From contig JAITCI010000020.1 of assembly GCA_031283155.1 (NCBI GenBank), positions 27,414 to 91,413 of the forward strand: DNA of 64,000 nt, in the 5' to 3' direction. Under the pieces are notes generated by a model that saw nothing but the letters and a program-made list of their open reading frames with translations, made no database searches and was not told where the DNA came from. The DNA is from Spirochaetota bacterium. Lineage in GTDB: Bacteria; Spirochaetota; JAGLSM01; JAKPMW01. Made by a program: the position numbers and the translations under genes. Below are positions 1 through 8,267 of the stretch, piece by piece (the first letter of the stretch is position 1; each line of letters begins with the position of its first letter).

Positions 1-740
1 ATTTCGGAAAGAAGATAATCGAAAAAGTCAAAAATATTGGAATGCCATTGGATAACTATGTGTCATTAACCTATGGTTTCAAAACGGCGGATGACGAAAA
101 ATTTCTTTCAAAAAAGAAAATAAACAAAGACTATAAGCCCTTTATAAGAAGCGCGGATATCTTCAGGTACAGATTTAATATGCCCGGCGAATATGTATGG
201 TACGTACCGGAAGTTATGATTAAAAATAAATCCACAGCAAGACCAGGCAATATTGAACGATTTTTATCAGAAAAAATTATTGTTGCAAGAATGGGAAATA
301 TGTTGATTGCCTCATATGATAATGGGGGCTTGTTTGTTAAGGATGCAATGCTTTTGCTGAAAAAAAGCGGCATATCTCTGAAGTATATTTTAGCGTTAAT
401 CAATTCGCGATTGATGAATTATTACTATCAGGAATATTTTGTAACTATTGATGTTCTGAAAAATGCTCTGCTTAGTTTACCAATTGCCCATATACGATTA
501 GATAACGCATCAGATAAACAAAAACACGATAATCTCGTCTCTCTTGTTGATAAGATGCTGGAACTCAAGCAGAAGGAGGCTTCCGAACAAGACACGCAGC
601 GAAAAAATATTCTTCTGCGGTTTATAAACGATATAGATAAGGAAATCGACGCGGCGGTATACGCCCTCTACGGTTTGACGGAGGAGGAGATTGCGATTGT
701 CGAGGGTCTGAACCACAACAAGGCATTGAGCCACGAATAA
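1..740 (+). CDS. C-terminal part of a type IIG/IIS restriction-modification enzyme or DNA methyltransferase with a TaqI-like C-terminal specificity domain. It is 5'-truncated by the window edge.
   Basis: The reading frame is open from nt 3 to the window edge. The NSRLMNYYY motif and overall pattern resemble Eco57I/TaqI-family C-terminal target-recognition domains. The region is strongly AT-rich relative to the rest of the window. Confidence 0.4.
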   Translation, partial: FGKKIIEKVKNIGMPLDNYVSLTYGFKTADDEKFLSKKKINKDYKPFIRSADIFRYRFNMPGEYVWYVPEVMIKNKSTARPGNIERFLSEKIIVARMGNMLIASYDNGGLFVKDAMLLLKKSGISLKYILALINSRLMNYYYQEYFVTIDVLKNALLSLPIAHIRLDNASDKQKHDNLVSLVDKMLELKQKEASEQDTQRKNILLRFINDIDKEIDAAVYALYGLTEEEIAIVEGLNHNKALSHE

Positions 741-1051
741 CGCGAATGAAAGACTCGAATAAGACAAAAAACCAAACTGGGGGTAAATACAAAAACAAGG
801 CATAGGGCTCAGGGGTGCTGCGAAAAACAGCTTTTGGCTTTGTCTTTTACCCAAAACTTTTTTAGGCTTTTATTTCGAGCCTTTATTCGGTCTTTTTCGT
901 GGCCAAATGTGCTTTTTTTTGCGGCAGCGGAACGGCAATTCGGAGAACAAGAGCTGCGGCACATCCGTAGAGCGGCGGGGCGTTGTTTAATTCATATGGC
1001 TTCGTTGTTTTGTTCAGTATGCGATAACCGTTCCCAAAAACAAAAAAATCC

Positions 1052-1732
1052 TCAGCCTTGCCGCCCTCTCGCGGGATTTTGCCCCCAATTTGCTATGATC
1101 TTCTTTTTGCGCTCGAGATCCTTGATCCGAAAATTGATGGTCTTGCGGTAGTCAATATCGCCGACGTGGATGCGTCTGGCCTCGTCCAGGATCGCGTCGA
1201 TCAGACCGCCGGAGAGACGGATGGAGCGGTTTTTGTAGATCATGGCCGCCAGGCGTTTGGCTTCGTCCCAGTAAACGATGGCTTCGCGGTAGTAGTGTTC
1301 GGCGATCTGAAAGCCCTTCGCGAGTTCGTCGGCGTACTCAAGGTTAAAGAAGTATATCTCTTCCTTGTCGTAGCGGTAGCCAAGCTGGAGGTAGCCCTGC
1401 GCGATCAGAAACGCAATGCGCGCGCGCAGGAGGCGTTTATATTGCTCATGCTCGGCCTCGGTGCGAATGACGCAGAGCGCCTGGATGGGGTGCTTGTAGG
1501 GTGCATTGAGCGCGACCTGCAAAAAATAGATGTTTTGCTCGGTCGAATCGGTCGAGGGCATATGATTTTGGGTAAAGAGGGCATAAAACTCTTCCACGTA
1601 TTTGAGCTTTCGGCGCTGGGGTATAAATCCAAAATCGTCCGCGTCGGCGGTCAGAATAGAAGCGGCCAGCAAAAGCAGCAAAACCGCGCATATATGCCGC
1701 CGAAACATACCCTCAAATCTGCTGCGATCCAT
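1052..1732 (-). CDS. hypothetical secreted protein
   Basis: An internal Met is followed by a hydrophobic signal-peptide-like stretch (MFRRHICAVLLLLLAASILTADA). The 5' part of the long ORF overlaps the divergent gene and is taken as non-coding. The C-terminal two-thirds read protein-like. Confidence 0.45.
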   Translation of the reverse strand: MDRSRFEGMFRRHICAVLLLLLAASILTADADDFGFIPQRRKLKYVEEFYALFTQNHMPSTDSTEQNIYFLQVALNAPYKHPIQALCVIRTEAEHEQYKRLLRARIAFLIAQGYLQLGYRYDKEEIYFFNLEYADELAKGFQIAEHYYREAIVYWDEAKRLAAMIYKNRSIRLSGGLIDAILDEARRIHVGDIDYRKTINFRIKDLERKKKIIANWGQNPARGRQG

Positions 1733-1885
1733 GCCGATTCCTTTAAGAGTGGTGCCTTTTAATTTTCGGCAGGAAACAGGATCGCAATGAGTCCCGCTTG
1801 ACACCACGCTTGATCTGGAACTTGTATTCGTATATACTGAATGGTTGCGAAATGCCGGGGATTGGGGTTTGTGCAGGAGACACAT

Positions 1886-2866
1886 ATGCCGATAGCTAAA
1901 GAAAGCTATTTTACGCGCGAGCATTACGAAAAGGCCTCCGGCTTTGCGAATCCCGCGCTCGCGGAGCTGGTGGTGCATTGTCTCGAACTGGTGGCGGAAC
2001 TCTGGAAGAGCGGTCTCTCCTTTCGCTTTAAGGGCGGCAATTCGCTGCTGCTTATCCTCCCGCAGCCGGAGCGCTTTTCGATTGACGTGGACATAGTCAC
2101 CGAGGCAAGCCGCGCGGAGCTGAACCAGATCATGACCGAAATCGTTTCCCCCGCGCGATCCTCCGTCTTCAAACGCTTTGAGGTGCGCCCCCATAAAACC
2201 AAACCCTGGCTTCCGATGATCAGTTTTAACCTCCATTTTAATTCGTTATACCAAAGCGAGGAAGACGCCTTTGTGATGCTGGACGCGGTGCTGGAGAATG
2301 CCCCGTATCCCGGGGTGATGCGGCCGCTGGTCTGCGGGGATATATATGCCGCAGATCTACAGATAGAAACGCCCAGCACCTCGGGGCTCATCGGGGATAA
2401 ACTCTTAACGCTGGGACCAGCAACCCTCGGCATCCCCCTGGGCAAAGGGAAAGAGGCGCAGCGCCTGAAGCATATATTCGATGTGTCCACCCTGCTGCGC
2501 GGCGAATACGATCTTGCGCTTGTGCGCGAGGCGATTGATGCCTGCGTAAAACAGGAAAACGCCTTGCAGCAAAAAAGCTGCGTCTTTCCGGATGTGCGGG
2601 AGGATACACTATCCTTTCTTGCGCAGACTCAGGGCTTGAATGACGAACTCTGCACGCAGGCGGCGAATGAGGAACGCAATGTTATGGGGGCGAAGTACGC
2701 AACTCCCGGGGAGTATCTTGCGGCATGCAGGCGCGAGATCTTGCAGGGTTTCCATGAATTTGCCGCGCACCTCTTCAGGACGAAATATTCCTGGCAGCGC
2801 CTCGCGGAAGACGCCGCGAGCATCACGGCATTGCTCGAAAAATTCGCAAACATGAACGTACTCTGA
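1886..2866 (+). CDS. AbiEii/AbiGii-family nucleotidyltransferase (DUF1814), type IV TA toxin-like
   Basis: The FKGGNSLLLILPQPERFSIDVDIV motif matches the AbiEii nucleotidyltransferase signature GGTAL...RFSEDIDF. An AGGAGA RBS lies 6 nt upstream of the ATG at 1886. The stop is 3 nt before the murB start. Confidence 0.6.
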   Translation: MPIAKESYFTREHYEKASGFANPALAELVVHCLELVAELWKSGLSFRFKGGNSLLLILPQPERFSIDVDIVTEASRAELNQIMTEIVSPARSSVFKRFEVRPHKTKPWLPMISFNLHFNSLYQSEEDAFVMLDAVLENAPYPGVMRPLVCGDIYAADLQIETPSTSGLIGDKLLTLGPATLGIPLGKGKEAQRLKHIFDVSTLLRGEYDLALVREAIDACVKQENALQQKSCVFPDVREDTLSFLAQTQGLNDELCTQAANEERNVMGAKYATPGEYLAACRREILQGFHEFAAHLFRTKYSWQRLAEDAASITALLEKFANMNVL

Positions 2867-2869
2867 AGT

Positions 2870-3817
2870 ATGGAGATTCAGGAAAGCGTCCCGCTCGCCC
2901 CCTATACGACCTTCCGCATTGGCGGAAACGCGCGCTGGTATTGCGCTCCCCAAACAAGCCATGAAATTTGCGCCGCCCTTGCCTGGGCGCGGGAGCGCGC
3001 GCTCCCCTGGTTTGCGCTGGGACGAGGCTCCAATCTGCTCGTCGCCGATGCGGGCTATCCCGGTCTCATCATCCATACGCTGGGGATGCATTCGATTGCG
3101 TGGGAGGGCGCGGCTTGCGCGGCGCTCCCTGAGCAAGCGTGCGTCGTCCGCTGCGGTGCGGGCTGCGCGACCGCTGTACTCGCGGATGAGGCCGCCGGGC
3201 GCGGGCTTTCGGGGCTGGAATTTGCGGGCGGGCTGCCGGGCTCCATCGGAGGCGCAAGCTGTATGAACGCGCGCGCGTACGGGAGCGAGATCGCCGATAT
3301 CTTCATCGAAGCGGAGGTTGTGACCCCGGGAGGCGAAATCATGCGGCGCACGCGCGCGGATATGCGCTATGCCTACAAGCACTCCGCGCTGATGGAGAGC
3401 GGCGAAATCGCGTGTTCGGTTACGCTCGCGCTTCTTTGCGCGCGCGATGAAGCTGAACGCGAGATGATCCGCGCGAGAACCGAAGAGAACCGCACAAAAC
3501 GCGTTACTATGGGGCAGTTCCGTCGGCCGAGCGCGGGCTGCGTTTTCAAAAACGATTATGCCTTAGGTATTCCATCGGGCAAGCTGATCGACGACGCGGG
3601 ATTAAAGGGGATGCGCGCGGGCTGCGCCGAGGTATCATCGGAACACGCCAATTTTATCGTGAATCACGGGGACGCGCGCGCGGCGGATGTGCGCGAACTG
3701 ATTGCGCGGATAAAAGATATCATCAACGAAAAATACGGGGTTATGCTTGAGGAAGAAATCACGTATCTGGGTTTTGACTCCGCCGCGCCTCGGCAAGACG
3801 CGCCTCATCGAGGGTAA
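2870..3817 (+). CDS. murB: UDP-N-acetylenolpyruvoylglucosamine reductase
   Basis: N-terminal PLAPYTTFRIGG FAD-binding signature, GRGSNLL motif, and a length typical of MurB. Confidence 0.9.
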   Translation: MEIQESVPLAPYTTFRIGGNARWYCAPQTSHEICAALAWARERALPWFALGRGSNLLVADAGYPGLIIHTLGMHSIAWEGAACAALPEQACVVRCGAGCATAVLADEAAGRGLSGLEFAGGLPGSIGGASCMNARAYGSEIADIFIEAEVVTPGGEIMRRTRADMRYAYKHSALMESGEIACSVTLALLCARDEAEREMIRARTEENRTKRVTMGQFRRPSAGCVFKNDYALGIPSGKLIDDAGLKGMRAGCAEVSSEHANFIVNHGDARAADVRELIARIKDIINEKYGVMLEEEITYLGFDSAAPRQDAPHRG

Positions 3818-5198
3818 CGGTTATCGTGCGCGCGGCTGCGGCATGGACTGTCCCCGCGCTCGCTCCCGGCACGGCGCGGAGATGCTTCGCCTCGGTATAG
3901 AGTACCTCCTCGCGCGCGTGGGAGCGCGCCTCGCTGTAGTATAACGCCAGAAGCGCGGCGTCCATGATCTCGCGTTCGGTAAAAACGTACCCCTTATGCC
4001 GCCGCCGGAGTATGACGTGCGACCCCGGGTAATTTTTTACGTGAAACCAGAGGTCGTTCCCGGCGGCGAGTTTCAGACTGATGAGGGCGTTCGCCTTCGC
4101 GTTTTTACCCACCCAGATGATCGTTTCTTCCTTATTAAAAACGCGGTACGGCAGACTCCGCCCCGTGATCGGCTTTTGCGAAGATTTTTGGGCACCACCG
4201 GAATCGCGGGCTTGCGGCGGCGCAAAACGCCGGATGTATGGCAGGAGGAGCGCGAAATCAGGGTAGGCGGGCGTGCCGGCTTCGGCACGAATCGTTTGCA
4301 GCGCGCGCAGGGCTGCTTCGAGTTCCTGCATACGCTTATCCAGAGCCGCAAGCCCGCGCCGATATTTCGCCGCGCGCTGAAAAATGCCGGCCACGTTTTC
4401 CTGCGGCGTACGCAGCGGATCGAGCGCAACCACGCGCCTGGCCGGAGGCGCGGACTGATCGCCGACAGCGTCCGCGAAGTAATCGGTAAGTTCGACCTCT
4501 CTCATGCCGCGCTTAACGAGCCGGAGCTGCGCTTTCAGGAGTTCGCCGTCACGGCTGATCTCTTCGTGCCGCGCGTACTCTTTTTGATCCAGGCGCACCC
4601 GCTCGATCAGCGCGGTTTGCTTGCGTATGCGGGCGTCTATTTGCGCGAGGAGGCGCGTTTGGCAGAGAGAAAAATAACGGCGGAGAGCTGCATCGTCCGC
4701 GCCTGGGGCGAATGTGGGAAGCTCTTCCTGCGCGGAAACGGGAAACGAGTTCCCGTTTATTATCTGCTTCCCATTCACGAGAAGAGCGGGAGAAGCCCGG
4801 CGGGAGAACGCGCAATACACAGAATCGTTATCTTCAATTTCTTCTTGCCGCTCTTCCGCCCCCATACAAATAACATCTGTAAGCGCCGCATTATCCGGCA
4901 GCTCGCGCGCATCCTCCGCGTGTCGCACGCGCGCAGCGGAAAACACAACCTCGCCGCGCCGATCAAGCAAACGATCCAACCGCGCGCCGCCAAGGTATTT
5001 GCGCAGAGCCATCACCGCGCCCCGTGGATGCTCGCCTGCCCCCTTGAGTTTTTCGCTGTGGTACGCGCCGCAAAATCCGCCCCTGCCATCGGGGAGAATG
5101 AACAGAATAATGCGCTCAGGGTACCGCGAGAGACAAAACTCGTAGACCTGGGGAAAGGGTTCCGCTATATGGTCAACGCAAAAGCCATTCTCTTCCAC
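3759..5198 (-). CDS. NFACT-family protein (fibronectin-binding protein A / RqcH-like, DUF814-containing)
   Basis: C-terminal NFACT-R/DUF814-like block (LWFHVKNYPGSHVILR) and a central coiled-coil-like region. Its 3' end overlaps the murB 3' end by 59 nt, convergently. Confidence 0.55.
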   Translation of the reverse strand: MEENGFCVDHIAEPFPQVYEFCLSRYPERIILFILPDGRGGFCGAYHSEKLKGAGEHPRGAVMALRKYLGGARLDRLLDRRGEVVFSAARVRHAEDARELPDNAALTDVICMGAEERQEEIEDNDSVYCAFSRRASPALLVNGKQIINGNSFPVSAQEELPTFAPGADDAALRRYFSLCQTRLLAQIDARIRKQTALIERVRLDQKEYARHEEISRDGELLKAQLRLVKRGMREVELTDYFADAVGDQSAPPARRVVALDPLRTPQENVAGIFQRAAKYRRGLAALDKRMQELEAALRALQTIRAEAGTPAYPDFALLLPYIRRFAPPQARDSGGAQKSSQKPITGRSLPYRVFNKEETIIWVGKNAKANALISLKLAAGNDLWFHVKNYPGSHVILRRRHKGYVFTEREIMDAALLALYYSEARSHAREEVLYTEAKHLRAVPGASAGTVHAAAARTITVTLDEARLAEARRSQNPDT

Positions 5199-5267
5199 AG
5201 AACCCTCCGGTGTTCCAAAACGATTATACTATTATATTATAGTATAGCTTAGATTAGGAGGTGTGCA

Positions 5268-5522
5268 ATGACCGATGCTGAACAGGAAGAATTGGAAAGG
5301 CTTCGACGCGAAAATGAACAGCTGAAACAAAAAGTTCAAAGAGGAAAGACCCTGGAACTCAGGGTCAGCCAAAAGGGCGCGCTTTCGGTGTACGGCCTGA
5401 ATCGCTTCCCCGTAACCCTGTACAAGGAGCAATGGGAGCGCCTGCTTGAGATCTCGGATTCAATTAAGGAATTTATCAAGCAGCATGAGGGCGAACTGGC
5501 GGTGCGGAACAAGCCGGAATAA
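5268..5522 (+). CDS. hypothetical small protein (84 aa) with an N-terminal coiled-coil
   Basis: Strong AGGAGG RBS, an AT-rich palindromic promoter upstream and a rho-independent terminator downstream. The sequence reads protein-like (EELERLRRENEQLKQK...FPVTLYKEQWERLL). Confidence 0.5.
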   Translation: MTDAEQEELERLRRENEQLKQKVQRGKTLELRVSQKGALSVYGLNRFPVTLYKEQWERLLEISDSIKEFIKQHEGELAVRNKPE

Positions 5523-5550
5523 CACCGGCTTAAGGATCTTCAGAGAAAAG

Positions 5551-5583
5551 GGCTGCCTCAACGACGGGGGCAGCTCTTTTTTT
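5551..5583 (+). terminator. rho-independent terminator
   Basis: GCTGCC stem, loop, GGCAGC stem, then a run of 9 T immediately after the small ORF. Confidence 0.55.
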
Positions 5584-5635
5584 ATGGTACAGCGCGGGCG
5601 CGCTCGCTGTACATTTTTCCGTATATTTCATATAT

Positions 5636-6784
5636 ATGCGACTCCCATCCGAACGCTATAAAACACATGGCGAACTTTCCCCGCTCGCAATCTATACCGC
5701 GCGGATGTTCCGGGTTGTGATCATCATCGCGCTTCTGGTGCTATGCCGGAGGGCGGTTCCCGACACCGGAGGAAAATGCCTCGCCGCGAGTATCACGCCG
5801 GAAGGCGATCAGATCACGGGGAGTTTTACCTATCCCGCCGACAGAGAGTATTGCCCGGCGACTGTTCACGCTGTATGGACGGATGCGCTGCTCTATCTCT
5901 CCGGCGGGCTCGGGGTGTTCTCCGAGCGCTTTTTCCGGCCCGAGGAGCGTTTTGTCGCCGACCAATTCGGATATGTAATATATTCAAAAACGGATCCGAA
6001 AATGGGCATATACGCGCCCAATGGAGAGCTGATTTTTGAACACTCCGGGGCGGCATGGCCGAGGCTTGCGGGTTCCGCAGAATGGATATTTCTTTTTACC
6101 GGCGATCAGTCGGGGGTCGCCTTTTTGGATCGGCAGGGCGGAGAAATGGGCGGCGGTTTTCAGCAATTCGCCTCTATGGTAACCGCCTGGGCATATACGG
6201 AAGCTGATCAGAGCGCCGTGCTGGGGATGATGGACGGCAGCATCGAAAAGATCAGCGTCATCGAGAACCGCAGCCTCTGGCGGATCGAGCCGCCTGCGGG
6301 CAGTCTGCCCGTGATCAAAGGGCTTGCGGCGGCGTTAAGCGGCGTGGTTGCGGTCAGCGGCTCCGACCCGGAGTATATCTCCATGATCGACCACAAGGGG
6401 CAGGTACTCTGGAACCGCAAAACCGAAGGCGATTTGCGCACGCGCGTTATGGTATGCGCAACCGAAAATTTTGCTGTTACGCACACGCGGGATACGGCCG
6501 TCATTCTGTGCCTCGATACGGGCAGGGTATTTGCCGCGCTGAAACCGATTGCGGACGAGCGCATCACCTGGATTTCAGTCGCGGAATCGCCCCGCGCTCT
6601 GTACCTCTCCGTTTCGCAGGGTTCGCGCACCACGATCTATCATATCGCCGCAAATGGCCGCGTCCGCGACTGCGCGGTTGTCGATTCGCCCTGGGCGGAG
6701 CTTGCGCTCACTGCGGACGTCCTCCTTGCCATAACAACGCGCGATGCGCTGAACCTGTACCAAAATCCCGGGGAGGCGGAGTAA
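5636..6784 (+). CDS. hypothetical membrane-anchored or exported protein
   Basis: N-terminal hydrophobic segment (MFRVVIIIALLVLC). Its stop overlaps the start of the downstream M23 peptidase gene (TAATG). Confidence 0.5.
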   Translation: MRLPSERYKTHGELSPLAIYTARMFRVVIIIALLVLCRRAVPDTGGKCLAASITPEGDQITGSFTYPADREYCPATVHAVWTDALLYLSGGLGVFSERFFRPEERFVADQFGYVIYSKTDPKMGIYAPNGELIFEHSGAAWPRLAGSAEWIFLFTGDQSGVAFLDRQGGEMGGGFQQFASMVTAWAYTEADQSAVLGMMDGSIEKISVIENRSLWRIEPPAGSLPVIKGLAAALSGVVAVSGSDPEYISMIDHKGQVLWNRKTEGDLRTRVMVCATENFAVTHTRDTAVILCLDTGRVFAALKPIADERITWISVAESPRALYLSVSQGSRTTIYHIAANGRVRDCAVVDSPWAELALTADVLLAITTRDALNLYQNPGEAE

Positions 6785-7674
6785 TGCGAACCCAAAAACG
6801 CCCCCTGCAAAAAATGCGCGCTGCGGCGCTCATCGCGATCCTCTCCATATCGGCGACGATAACAGGCGCTGTTTTTGAGTGGCCGGTCGCGCGCGTTCTC
6901 CTGACCGCGAGCTTCGGCGAAACCCGCAGCGACCATTTTCATAACGGAATTGACATGGGCGGCGACAGCCAGCGGGTGGTACCCATCGCTCCGGGCGAAA
7001 TCGTCTACTATTTTGACGAGGGGGAGCATCCGCTCTACCGCGAATCCGGCGTGGGCAATTTTATGGTATTGCAGCACACCAACGCGATGCGCAGTTATTA
7101 CTATCATATGCGCAAAGCCTCCGTCGCCAACGCGCGCGCATCCCTCGCGCACAATGAAACGATTGGACTCAGCGGGAACTCCGGGCGATCCTTCGGCGCG
7201 CATCTGCACCTCAGCGTCTCCGACGACAAGGGCTATATCAATCCCTTAAGCCTTTTACCGGACTACCCCGACGCGCGCGCGCCCGAGATCGCGTCCATCC
7301 TTTTTGACTTTGACGGGCGCGTGATCACGGTTCCCGATCAGTACCGCGTAAGCGGCCTGGATATTTTCACGCTGCTCGCCCGCGCCTGGGACACGCATGA
7401 GGAGATTCGCGCGATAGGGGTACTCGCGCCCTATCAGGTCAGCTTCTCGCTTGACGGGAACACCCTGAAAACGATCACCTTTGACCGGCTCCTCAAAAAG
7501 AACGGACGCCTGCTCCTGGCGGACGGCACGGGCTTTGCCGAAACCTGGTCGGGCGAGGGCTTTCTCATCGGCGGGGAACTGCGCAACCTGAGCGGGCAGC
7601 ACACCATCAGCATCCTCGCGGCGGACTATGCGGGCAATACCGCAAGCAAGTCGGTGAATGTACAATTCAGATAA
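6784..7674 (+). CDS. M23 family metallopeptidase (LytM-like)
   Basis: HxxxD (HFHNGIDM) and HxH (AHLHLSV) zinc-ligand motifs, with an N-terminal hydrophobic anchor. The start was taken at the ATG overlapping the upstream stop rather than the longer ORF. Confidence 0.8.
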   Translation: MRTQKRPLQKMRAAALIAILSISATITGAVFEWPVARVLLTASFGETRSDHFHNGIDMGGDSQRVVPIAPGEIVYYFDEGEHPLYRESGVGNFMVLQHTNAMRSYYYHMRKASVANARASLAHNETIGLSGNSGRSFGAHLHLSVSDDKGYINPLSLLPDYPDARAPEIASILFDFDGRVITVPDQYRVSGLDIFTLLARAWDTHEEIRAIGVLAPYQVSFSLDGNTLKTITFDRLLKKNGRLLLADGTGFAETWSGEGFLIGGELRNLSGQHTISILAADYAGNTASKSVNVQFR

Positions 7675-7752
7675 GAACATGGACGTCGCTTGCGCGCAAA
7701 GCGGCTATCCCGCGCGCGTACACGCGAAGCGCGCAAGGCGAGGAGGTACGCT

Positions 7753-7812
7753 CCTGCGCGGGTAAAAACATGGACGGGGGTGTCAAATATTTTTTCGGAC
7801 AAGTTTTCAGGA
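7753..7812. terminator. possible bidirectional terminator hairpin
   Basis: GGGGGTGTCAAA ... TTTGACCCCC inverted repeat between convergent genes, with T-runs on both sides. The loop is long, so this is tentative. Confidence 0.3.
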
Positions 7813-8136
7813 TAGTGTGTTTTTGACCCCCGCGACTTTATCTGCATACTCTCCTTGCCGCCGCTCCCCCTGCGTACTTTCCAGATACGCTTTTTCCACA
7901 GCAAGCGCAAGCTGATCCGCGCATGAGGTTCCCTTGCTTTGCCCTTTTTGCACACATATAATTCCATTGCACTTTTCCTGTATCCCGCGAACGGTCATTC
8001 CGTCAACAAGGCGGGATACGGCCTGCAGGTTGCCATTGCAGCCATTCGCGAATGCAACATTGGTGATAATATCTTCATTGATATCAAAGCTGATTTCGGT
8101 TGCGCAGATTCCCTGCGGAGTATAGGTGTATCTCAT
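7807..8136 (-). CDS. TSCPD-domain protein (TIGR03905 family)
   Basis: VAFANGCNGN ... TSCADQLA motifs characteristic of the TSCPD/TIGR03905 family. The start was taken at an internal Met that gives a typical ~110 aa length. Confidence 0.6.
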   Translation of the reverse strand: MRYTYTPQGICATEISFDINEDIITNVAFANGCNGNLQAVSRLVDGMTVRGIQEKCNGIICVQKGQSKGTSCADQLALAVEKAYLESTQGERRQGEYADKVAGVKNTLS

Positions 8137-8267
8137 TTTGCCCCGGACTTGAAAACTGTAGTATATATTATTATAAGCATAAGCACACTCTGCGTGCATG
8201 GATGCGAAAAATTAACACGCCCGGCGCGGTCAGCGGCTGACGATCTCGCGGCGGCATTTGGGTAAAT

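Noticed and set aside
1058-1762. 234-aa + strand ORF
   Set aside because: It is antisense to the secreted-protein gene and has arbitrary composition. The full-length minus ORF (1052-2236) was also trimmed, because its 5' part overlaps the AbiEii gene.
3996-5252. 418-aa + strand ORF
   Set aside because: It lies entirely antisense within the NFACT-family gene, which has a recognisable domain. This is a typical GC-rich shadow ORF.
6454-7674. 406-aa extended version of the M23 peptidase ORF
   Set aside because: The upstream 110 codons overlap the preceding gene in another frame. The ATG at 6784, overlapping the upstream stop, gives a normal signal-anchor start.
7675-7752. GC-rich palindromic stretch (GCTTGCGCGCAAAGC, CGCGAAGCGCGC) downstream of the M23 peptidase
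   Set aside because: It could be a small structured RNA. However, the palindromes are short and GC-driven, and I cannot distinguish this from chance in a 60% GC genome.
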